A DNA stretch of 64,000 bases from an uncultured delta proteobacterium (GTDB taxonomy: Bacteria > Desulfobacterota > Desulfomonilia > UBA1062), in NCBI GenBank assembly GCA_963752595.1, contig CAVVYZ010000017.1:96001-160000 (forward strand), read 5' to 3'. Position 1 is the stretch's first letter, and each line of letters opens with the position of its first letter. Of this stretch, positions 21,366-29,900 are shown in pieces. The position numbers and the translations under genes were made by a program. The notes beneath the pieces are model-generated. The model had not been told where the DNA came from. It saw only the letters and a program-made list of their open reading frames with translations, and did not search any database.

Positions 21366-22283
21366 ATGAACGTATCTGATATCAGGCGTGTCCTCATCCT
21401 GGGAGCCGGCACCATGGGCCAGCAGATCGGATTCATGTGCCATGCACGGATATGATGTGGTGATTATGATATCTCCCAGGAGGCATCCTGGACAAGGCGC
21501 TAAGAGGATGAGAAAGCTCGGCTCCTGGTATCGTCTCCATCGGCCGGATCACCAGGAGCAGCTAGACGAGATACATGAAGAGGATTTCCGCCACCGCAGA
21601 TCCCGCAAGAGGCGGCCCGAGACGTTGATTTCATCAGCGAGTCCGTGCCGGAAGACCCGGAGATGAAGGGCAAGATATTCGCACAGTTCAACGAACTCTG
21701 CCCGGAGCGGACCATCTTCACCACCAATACCTCCATGCTCATCCCCTCCATGTTTGCCGAGGCAGACGGGAAGGCCTGATAAATTCTGCCGCCCTCCACT
21801 TCCACGACCTGCGGATACCAACGTCGTGGATGTCATGCCGCATCCCGGGACGGCACCGGAAGTGGTGGAGCTCGTCCATGATTTTGCCAGGAGCATCGGC
21901 CAGATCGTCATCATGCTCCACAGGGAAAACAACGGCTATGTTTTCAACACCATGCTTTCGAGCCTCTTCTTCTCGGCCCTGACGCTTGCATCGAAGAACG
22001 TAGCATCCATCGAAGACATCGACCGCTCCTGGATGGGGGTCATGCACACGCCCATCGGCCCCTTCGGCATCATGGACCAGGTAGGGCTGTCCACCGTCTG
22101 GACCATCACCGATTACTGGGCAAAAAGGACGCCGATAAGCAGGCCCAGGCGAATGCCGATTTTCTGAAAGGATACGTGGATAAGGGGCTCCTGGGCTTTA
22201 AGACCCGTGAAGGATTCTATACCTATCCGAACCCTGCATATGCCGATCCCGGGTTCCTTACCGGCGAGAGAAAAGCAAAATAA
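21366..22283 (+). CDS. 3-hydroxyacyl-CoA dehydrogenase (frameshifted)
   Basis: ILGAGTMG, ESVPEDP, TTNTS, GYVFN, GPFGIMDQVGL, GFKTREGFYTYP in shifting frames. Confidence 0.8.
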
Positions 22284-22619
22284 GAAAGAAGAGGGCCGGC
22301 TGCAGGCCATCTCATTTTAATACTCGCATTTCCTCATTTCTGGGGTAGCCAATTCACGAATAGCGGCCCATGAGTATAAATATCTCATAAAGGCCGGTCG
22401 TACTGTGAACAATTTATTCATTAATTCCTACTTCAGTATAAAAGGATGCAGAAGAGTTGTAAAATGACTTCCCAGGCGGTTCTAGGGGTGGTAATATATG
22501 GCAAAGATCTGCTAGCATTATACGGGTGACACGGGCAGCTGATAAGAAAATCCACCCGGTAGTGCAGATGGTCTCATGAAAGGCAAAGTACAAATACATG
22601 AACACCAAGGAGATGCACC

Positions 22620-23704
22620 ATGAATACACCTTATGATGACCTAATGAGGTTTTTTGGTACGGCTCTGTACAGTGGAACGCCTGAATGGGCTACACCGAAC
22701 TATGCGATCTATGAAGACGATGCTGTAGTACTGAGGAGATTCGACACGGATAGGACGGGTGATCCGATTATCATTGTTCCTCCTCAGGCAGGGCATCACT
22801 CCAGCATCGCCGATTATTCACCCGATCACAGTCTGGTAAAAACATGCCTGCAGGAGACAACGAAGCCTGTCTATGTGATCGAGTGGAAGGCAAGCACTCT
22901 CAAAAGAAAAAACGAGACCATTGACGATCTTGTGAAACAAACGATGGTCTGTGTGAAAAAGGCAGGCTCAGGTAGGCCGGTTACCCTTGCCGGGCTGTGC
23001 CAGGGAGGATGGCTCGCGACGATTTATGCAGCTTTATTCCCCTATGATGTCAAAGCCCTCATTCTTGCAGCCTCTCCCATAGACTTCACCGCGGGCGGTG
23101 GGAAAATACAGGACATCGTAAGCACCCTTCCTTTCTGGTACTATAAGTACATGGTAGACTGTCACGGCGGAAACATGTCCGGAGATGTCATGCTGATGGG
23201 CTGGAAAATCATGAACTCCTATGACAGATTCATTGGTGATTACCTGAATCTCTGGATCAACGTACAGGATGACAGCTTCCTGGAAAGAACGAGGAGATTC
23301 CGCCGCTGGTATGAATACACCCAGGATTTGTCCGGGAAATGGTACCTTGAGGTAGTGAAGGATCTTTTCATGGAAAACAAGCTGGTTATGGGTACCTTGA
23401 AGGTTCTCGGCGAATGCGTGGACCTCAAGAAGATTACCTGTCCCTTGGCATTACTGGCAGGGGAAAGGGATGATATTACGCTTACTCCGCAGGTTCATAA
23501 CATTGAATACTTTGCATCGACGCCCAAGGAAGATATTTTAAAGTGGTAATTCCCAAGGCCGGGCATATCTCTGTCTTCATGGGCAAGCGGGCTCTCCAGT
23601 ACGAGTGGCCCGAAGCGTTGAGCTTTATCGAGAGCGCAATGTCCCATGAAACGGGCACAGAGCCCTCACCTGATACCAGGGGATACAAGAAAAAAGCAGC
23701 CTGA
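22620..23704 (+). CDS. Cys-nucleophile alpha/beta hydrolase, intracellular PHB depolymerase (PhaZ)-like; frameshift near 23540
   Basis: IIIVPPQAGHHS, GLCQGG, SPIDF, AGERDDIT; the catalytic GH (IPKAGHISVF) continues in another frame to TGA at 23704. Confidence 0.65.
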
Positions 23705-23740
23705 AGACAAATAACGGGAAGGATTTAAAGCAGGGATTTG

Positions 23741-24217
23741 TTATTTCCTGCCTTTATCCTTCCCGCTTTGCTCCTGCGAAGCCCCACCGAAGAAGGACCG
23801 GAAAGATGACATATCCGAGAATGTCTTTCGGGCAATATTCGAGTAGTCGAGCTGCACATCAATCCATTTGCTGAATTGCTCGTCCGCTACTTTCTTGAAC
23901 TGGAGGTAGCTGTCGATGATCTGCTGCAGGTATTTCTCAAAAAATTCCTGCAGCACGGTTTCTCCATAGCGGATGATCAGATGGAGAAGTCCTGCCGGAA
24001 GCAGGGCATTCTTATTTCTGGCCTGCTCAAGGATAATCTGGGTAAGAATATATGCGGTCACATCTTCTTTCGTGTTTGCATCGATCACTTCGACCTCGAT
24101 GCCCTGCTTGATCATATCTGCAACCTCGTTTACGGTGATATACTTACTCCTGGCTGTATCGTATAACCGCCTGTTTCCATATTTTTTTAAAAGCAGCTTA
24201 TCCCTGTTTGCCGTCAT
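23741..24217 (-). CDS. phaR: polyhydroxyalkanoate synthesis repressor
   Basis: KKYGNRRLYDT..SKYIT, VIDANTKEDVT..ILTQIILE, LHLIIR. Confidence 0.9.
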   Translation of the reverse strand: MTANRDKLLLKKYGNRRLYDTARSKYITVNEVADMIKQGIEVEVIDANTKEDVTAYILTQIILEQARNKNALLPAGLLHLIIRYGETVLQEFFEKYLQQIIDSYLQFKKVADEQFSKWIDVQLDYSNIARKTFSDMSSFRSFFGGASQEQSGKDKGRK

Positions 24218-24472
24218 GGACGCCTCTATTCCCTCTGCATTGTGTCGCTGAGCATGTAATCTCCGGAAATGTGACTCCGGGCATCGTGAACATAAAAAAG
24301 AACATTATAATTATACATTAGATAGAGACGTACCATGAACGTATGTTACCATGCAACAAAAAAATCCTTTTAAGCCGCATTATAGATCGAAAAGCATGGC
24401 CAATCCAATTAAAAATATAATAAAATAACTAGGTAATAAATTAATCAGTCACATTTCATCAAAGTGAATAAA

Positions 24473-24524
24473 TTGTTGCATTGCAATAAATCAACCTTGA
24501 CAAAACAGCAGGTGATCCTATTAT
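24473..24524 (+). promoter_or_regulatory. putative PhaR operator TTGTTGCA-T-TGCAATAA followed by sigma70 promoter TTGACA-N16-TATTAT
   Basis: Palindrome 24473-24489 with TGC-N3-GCA core; -35 at 24497-24502 and -10 at 24519-24524; similar site TGTTAC-CAT-GCAACA at 24344-24358. Confidence 0.6.
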
Positions 24525-24570
24525 TGGATTGAGATTAACATTTCAGAAAAATATGAAGGGGGATTTGGAG

Positions 24571-24849
24571 ATGGATATGAGGACAATCATGTTACAGATG
24601 ATTGATTTGCAGAAGGCCTCCTTTGACAACGGATATGAAGCCATTGTCACGGTACAGGACCAGACAGAGAAAGCAGCCAATACCTTAATGGGTCAGGCGG
24701 CATGGCTTCCTTCAGAAAGCAGGGGCGTCCTGAAAGAGTGGTTCGGGATGCTTAAGAAAGGCAGAGAAGATTTCAAAAAGGTCTTTGATGAAGGATACGA
24801 TCATATAGGGGGATATATCAATTCAGCATCCGGCAGCTCTCTGCGCTAA
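24571..24849 (+). CDS. small helical phasin-like protein, paralog 1
   Basis: QMIDLQKASFDN...QDQTEK...KKGREDFKK; aligns without gaps to paralogs 2 and 3; PHA context. Confidence 0.7.
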   Translation: MDMRTIMLQMIDLQKASFDNGYEAIVTVQDQTEKAANTLMGQAAWLPSESRGVLKEWFGMLKKGREDFKKVFDEGYDHIGGYINSASGSSLR

Positions 24850-24889
24850 AGAGAATTTACATGAGTTCATAACGAAAAAGGAGGAAGAT

Positions 24890-25246
24890 ATGGACCAGAA
24901 AACAATGGTTAAGCAGGCGTTTGATTTTCAGAAGAATACCTTTGACAATTTCTATAGTAGTCTGGTGACTCTCCAGGACCAAGCGGAGAAATCCGTCAGC
25001 TTCTTCTTGGACAGAATGCCGTTGATGCCGGAAGAAAGCAAGAACGTGTTCATGGAGTGGAATAAAATATACAAGAAAGGCAGGGATGATTTCAAAAGGG
25101 CAATGAATGATGGATACGAGAAGATGGAGTCTTATTTCGTAACCACTGCCCAGGCAACTCAGCAGGCTGCGCAGCAGGCTACCAGATCTGCTACTGAGGC
25201 AGGAAAGAAGGCTTCCGAATCCAGCAGGCAGGAAGGTAAATCATAA
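24890..25246 (+). CDS. small helical phasin-like protein, paralog 2 (Q/A/T/S-rich tail)
   Basis: SD AGGAGG; QAFDFQKNTFDN...QDQAEK...KKGRDDFKR. Confidence 0.75.
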   Translation: MDQKTMVKQAFDFQKNTFDNFYSSLVTLQDQAEKSVSFFLDRMPLMPEESKNVFMEWNKIYKKGRDDFKRAMNDGYEKMESYFVTTAQATQQAAQQATRSATEAGKKASESSRQEGKS

Positions 25247-25281
25247 ACACGAAAAGATCAGCCCTTGCACCTACGGCTGTG

Positions 25282-25323
25282 AAAGCCTTTGCGTCCAAGA
25301 TAACTTGACGGCAAAGGCTTTTT
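25282..25323 (+). terminator. intrinsic terminator
   Basis: AAAGCCTTTGC...GCAAAGGCTTT stem followed by a T-run after paralog 2. Confidence 0.75.
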
Positions 25324-25795
25324 GTACAGGTTACCGTGGTTGCCCGAGGAAAGGATGCAGGAGGCGATGATCCGTATTTGTACTATGATAGCGCCTGTGG
25401 CATATTATAGGTATTCGCGGGTTTCCCTCCTGAGGGACAGGGGATATGAACCGGGAAATGGCAATACTTCAGAGAAGTGTTTTTTATCCTTTGTCCCGCA
25501 ATGCCACATGCGGTGATTTGTCCGGACCCGGATGTTTTTTCACAAGGTTGTTTCTGATTCAATCAAGGACCGCATATCTTCACGCCGGCAAAAGATGAAA
25601 ATACCCTGCCATTAGGATTGTCGGTTCTTCATGATCCGTTATTATATAATGCAGGCGTGCTGTGAAGAAATCGCTGGAAACCTGGCAAGGATTGTCACAA
25701 AGATTCCTCCGATGATGCCTCGATTGTATCCCGGGACATCCGCAATAGGGGTAAGGAATGGCAATAAAAAATCTTTAGCATGAAGGTGGAGAATC

Positions 25796-26071
25796 ATGGA
25801 CCAGAAAGATTTGGTAAAACAGATGATTGATTTTCAGAAGACGTCGTTTGACAACAGTTTCAATGCCATGAAAATGGTTCAGGAACAGACGGAAAAAATT
25901 ACCGACACCTACGCAGGCCAGGCAAACTGGATCCCCGAGGACGGGAGAAAGCTTATCACCCAATGGATCGGTGCATACAAGAAAGGCCGGGATGACTTCA
26001 AGAAGGTTGTCGATGACAACTTCAAAAAGGTTGATGAGTATTTCAGCACAGGAGATAAGGCAAAGAAATAA
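25796..26071 (+). CDS. small helical phasin-like protein, paralog 3
   Basis: QMIDFQKTSFDN...QEQTEK...KKGRDDFKK. Confidence 0.75.
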   Translation: MDQKDLVKQMIDFQKTSFDNSFNAMKMVQEQTEKITDTYAGQANWIPEDGRKLITQWIGAYKKGRDDFKKVVDDNFKKVDEYFSTGDKAKK

Positions 26072-26104
26072 CAAGACGATACGTCTTTTCTACGGTGGAA
26101 GCCG

Positions 26105-27685
26105 ATGATAGGTAGCTTGAACCATTTCCCCGAACAATATGGGGCTTTTGGGGAAGCTTCTTCGATGCTTGGTGATATCTTTCCAAAGCTATTCAGGGCT
26201 TATGCCGAGAGCGTAAAGGCCTCGCAGGTATATGGAGAAGGCGTGCAGAGGTATTTTCAGGACTTCAATGAAGCCTTTCTGATCGCGGTTGGTGATTTCG
26301 AATCAGTGGAAAGAAAAAATATCCTGAAGGCCCCTCCGGATGAAACCATGAGGGAATACGGCCAACTGCTCCTCATGAATCTCAAAGTTGCAGAAAAGGC
26401 GATGAGGGCCAGTGGTGCAACCGTAATGGAATACCATCTCCCGAAAGCCGGTGATGCTTTTGATGCCTGGTTGAATACCATATTCGGAAGGGAAGGGGAG
26501 GACATTGATGCCTTTTTCTCAGAGCAGGCTCGCCTTCTTGAACGGGTAGTGTACGAGTACCCCAAAGCTATCCGTGCAATCAGGGAAGAATACGGGTTCC
26601 ACTTTGACCGGAGCGGATATGTCAAAGCCGGGGAAACAGATAGATTCGATCTCTATCAGGTTTTGCCCACGCATAAGGACGTATCGGTGCGGAAGAATGG
26701 GAAGCCGGTCATCGTGGTCCCTCCGTTCGTTCTGGGTACGAATATCCTCGCCTTTCTCCCCGGCGATGACAAGAGTTATGTACACGCTTTTGCAAATCAT
26801 GGAATCCCCACGTACATCCGGGTTGCCAAGAATATTTGGACCACGCCTTCCTTTCAGGTGATGACCGGCGAGGATGATGCGAGGGATACAAAGCATTTCT
26901 GTGAAATCGTGAAGAAAAGGCATGGGAAAAATGTCACCCTCAACGGATACTGCCAGGGAGGATTTTCATCGCTGTGCAACATCCTCTCAGGCGAGCTTGA
27001 CGGTCTGGCCGACACCCTGATCACCTGCGTCTCTCCCATGGATGGGACCAGGAGCCCGGGGCTTGCCTCCTTTTTGAAATCATTGCCGCCCAGGTTCAAT
27101 GACCTTGCATACGGGACGAAGACTCTCCCGAACGGCAACAAGGTGGCGGATGGAAAGCTCATGGGATGGGTGTACAAGCTCAGGGCAATTGAAAACGAAT
27201 ACCCTCTGGTGGATTTTTACCGGGATATGGTGATGCTTTCCGCAGACGGAAGCTCAAAAGGTCGATTCAATAAGACAGCCCTGGCCATAAAATACTGGCT
27301 CGCCTATGAGCGGACCGACCTCCCTCTCCCCATCACGAAGATGAGTTTCAATTCTTATAATATCCCCATTACCAGGGACGGTACACTCCCGGTCCGCCTT
27401 TTCGACAGGAAGCTCAATCTCAAGGGCATCCCGGAAAAGGGGGTGAAGTGGCTCATAGCCTATGGGGAAAAGGATGATCTCGTGGAAAAGGAGACTGCTT
27501 TGGCGCCTCAGGATTATATCGAGGTGGAAACGACCGAGTTCCCGAAAGGACATCTCGCCATTGCAACGTCCTGGTCCAATCCCAAGACGGAATACGCTCT
27601 CGACAAGCGGTTCGGAAAGAATAACCAGCGCGGGCCGGTTCTGTTCCAACTGGAAATAGATCAACAGGCCAAAGGAGAAAAATAA
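26105..27685 (+). CDS. divergent PHA synthase-like alpha/beta hydrolase
   Basis: PVIVVPPFV...IL, lipase-box GYCQGG, VSPMD, YGEKDDLV (Asp), KGHLAI (His); long helical N-terminus. Confidence 0.65.
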   Translation: MIGSLNHFPEQYGAFGEASSMLGDIFPKLFRAYAESVKASQVYGEGVQRYFQDFNEAFLIAVGDFESVERKNILKAPPDETMREYGQLLLMNLKVAEKAMRASGATVMEYHLPKAGDAFDAWLNTIFGREGEDIDAFFSEQARLLERVVYEYPKAIRAIREEYGFHFDRSGYVKAGETDRFDLYQVLPTHKDVSVRKNGKPVIVVPPFVLGTNILAFLPGDDKSYVHAFANHGIPTYIRVAKNIWTTPSFQVMTGEDDARDTKHFCEIVKKRHGKNVTLNGYCQGGFSSLCNILSGELDGLADTLITCVSPMDGTRSPGLASFLKSLPPRFNDLAYGTKTLPNGNKVADGKLMGWVYKLRAIENEYPLVDFYRDMVMLSADGSSKGRFNKTALAIKYWLAYERTDLPLPITKMSFNSYNIPITRDGTLPVRLFDRKLNLKGIPEKGVKWLIAYGEKDDLVEKETALAPQDYIEVETTEFPKGHLAIATSWSNPKTEYALDKRFGKNNQRGPVLFQLEIDQQAKGEK

Positions 27686-28273
27686 TGGAAAAAAACCTCT
27701 TTGAACTCTGGGGGAACACCTTCTTGACTGCTGCAAGAGGACAGAAGCAGATGGAGGATACTGCCAAATGGATGAAAGGCGGATTCTGCGAAATCCCGGA
27801 CATGAGCGATATGCTGGGCAGCCTCACCGGAATCAACGCGATAATCTCAAGTTCCACGGAATACCTCAAGATCCTTAACATGGCGAGTGAAAACTTTCAT
27901 GAAATCATTCAAGGAATATTTGTCTATGATGGATCTTGTCCCCAAGAAAGACTACGATTCTCTTCTTGAAGAATTCGAAGGTCTCAAAAAACGCACCGAA
28001 GAAAAGAGCTCAAAGAAAGTCGATAAGCTCTTGAACGAAGAACTCTCTCTCCAGACACAGAGCTTGCGAAGCTTTGAAGAATTAATGAGAAATCAGACCA
28101 GGCAATTTCAGGATTTAATGACCAATTTTACGAAGTTCATCAGTCAGACGAAAACCCGCCCTTCCAAAGAGGGCTCGAGCGGACAGGAAGAAAAGAAGAG
28201 TGCCCCGGCCCGGAAAAGGCCCCCGGCTTCTTCGAGTAAAAGCCCATCAGGCGCTACGGGACCGAAGAAGTGA
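27685..28273 (+). CDS. helical hypothetical protein, PhaE-like (frameshift near 27895)
   Basis: TAATG coupling to the upstream gene; ORFs 27685-27969 and 27887-28273 join with one base removed; YLSMMDLVPKKDYDSL...LKKR coiled coil; K/S/P/A-rich tail. Confidence 0.5.
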
Positions 28274-28325
28274 GGAAACAAACATATCCCATGGCCGAGA
28301 GGAAGCCTTAACGGGTAGGGGGAAT

Positions 28326-28754
28326 CTATTTCTTTTGTGCCTTGGGAGGGCTTACCAGTGCCTGGCCGTCAAGCACAACCTCACCGTTCTGGTTTGAGCA
28401 TGTAGTATTCAGGATTACCCGATTCTTCTCCGTATTAAGTTCCGATACCTCAACTCTGGCTGTAATGGTATCTCCGACGCGGACCGGAGCAAGGAAATTG
28501 AGTTCCTGTCGTATATAGATTGTCCCGGGCCCCGGAAGTTGCATTCCGATAGCAGCCGATATGAAGCCTGCCTGGAGGATTCCATGAGCGATGCGTGTCT
28601 TGAAAAAGGTGTTCTTGGCATACTCCTCATTGATATGGGCCGGATTGAGGTCGCCGGTGAGGCCGGCAAACAGGTAGATATCGGATTCCGAAATCGTTTT
28701 CGTAAACTCTGCAAAATCACCTGTCCGGATCTCGGTTATGGTTTTTCCGAGCAT
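28326..28754 (-). CDS. phaJ: (R)-specific enoyl-CoA hydratase, MaoC family
   Basis: FAGLTGDLNPAH, RIAHG, LPGPGTIY, FLAPVRVGDT. Confidence 0.88.
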   Translation of the reverse strand: MLGKTITEIRTGDFAEFTKTISESDIYLFAGLTGDLNPAHINEEYAKNTFFKTRIAHGILQAGFISAAIGMQLPGPGTIYIRQELNFLAPVRVGDTITARVEVSELNTEKNRVILNTTCSNQNGEVVLDGQALVSPPKAQKK

Positions 28755-28847
28755 AAATCTCTCCTTTTTGTGTGACCAATCAACGTCCTCGTCACTCCAT
28801 AAGAAATGAAGTTATGATCAGCGGTTTGTTTCTGCTATAGACAGGGC

Positions 28848-29900
28848 TCAAAACCAGGAACGGTGGCTCCACATGTCTTCCTTGAGCTCTTTGAGATCCT
28901 CCTTGAGCATAAGTACACACGATGCATTCTGAATAGCCAAACCTCCCTGATGAGCAATGGCAGTGGCGAGCATTATTTCATCTTCGGAAAACTTTCTGGG
29001 GGAAGCGCTGTAGAGCCTTAAAACTCCGATAACCTCATCCATTGCCTTTATGGGAACACAAAGGATGGATGCGATCCCCTCCTCTTTTTTTTCTTTTTTA
29101 TACTGTACCCCGCCTGCCCGGGATGCATCTTCTATCAGTACAACCTTTCCTTTCAAGGCTTCGGCCATACTTTTCTCTGCAGAAACAGTACCCTTACTGA
29201 GGTATTTCTCACTCAGGCCGAAACTCGCTATCAGCTGCAACGTCTGTTTTTCATTATCGAGGAGTCGTACCGATGCAGCCTTTAATCCGAAGGCATTGGC
29301 CACGTTTTCGGTCAGGATCTCCATGATATTTTTAAGATCGAGATTTGAATTCATGCCTACTGCGAGATCGTGGAACAGCTCGGTATTCTTTCGGATCTGC
29401 TCTATGAGCCTGGAATGCTCGATAGCTATCCCGCCCTGTTCGGCCAGCGCGGTGAGGAAGCTTATTTCATTGTCTGAGAACCTTCTTGGATCAGAGGTGT
29501 ACAGCGAGAGAAGCCCGATTACCTCATTGTTGACCATGACAGGAACGATAAGGATTGATGCAACGCCTTCGGCCTTTTTGATATCATGATGCTGTACTCG
29601 TGCATCGGTGGTAGCATCATGGATAGCGATGTATCCCTTGCGAAGTATTTCTTTTGCTGCCCGCACGGCCTCTTTGGGCTCAATGTGCAGATAATTCTTC
29701 GATAAGCCTTTTTGAGCCAAAGGAAAGAAAAGCGGGCTCTTTGTGTCATTATCCTGCATAAAAAGACAGGCAGCCTTACCATCCATGGTTTCGATGGCGC
29801 TTTGGACGATCAGATCCAGCAATTCTTCCTTTTCAAGGGTGGTCCCGAAGGCCCTGCTCACCTTGCAGATCGTTAAAAAATAGCTTTCTTTTTCCGGCAT
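28848..29900 (-). CDS. tandem GAF-GAF protein without output domain
   Basis: Two internal repeats: GLSKNYL...EGVASILIVP...VIGLLSLY...RRFS and GLSEKYL...EGIASILCVP...VIGVLRLY...RKFS. Confidence 0.85.
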   Translation of the reverse strand: MPEKESYFLTICKVSRAFGTTLEKEELLDLIVQSAIETMDGKAACLFMQDNDTKSPLFFPLAQKGLSKNYLHIEPKEAVRAAKEILRKGYIAIHDATTDARVQHHDIKKAEGVASILIVPVMVNNEVIGLLSLYTSDPRRFSDNEISFLTALAEQGGIAIEHSRLIEQIRKNTELFHDLAVGMNSNLDLKNIMEILTENVANAFGLKAASVRLLDNEKQTLQLIASFGLSEKYLSKGTVSAEKSMAEALKGKVVLIEDASRAGGVQYKKEKKEEGIASILCVPIKAMDEVIGVLRLYSASPRKFSEDEIMLATAIAHQGGLAIQNASCVLMLKEDLKELKEDMWSHRSWF

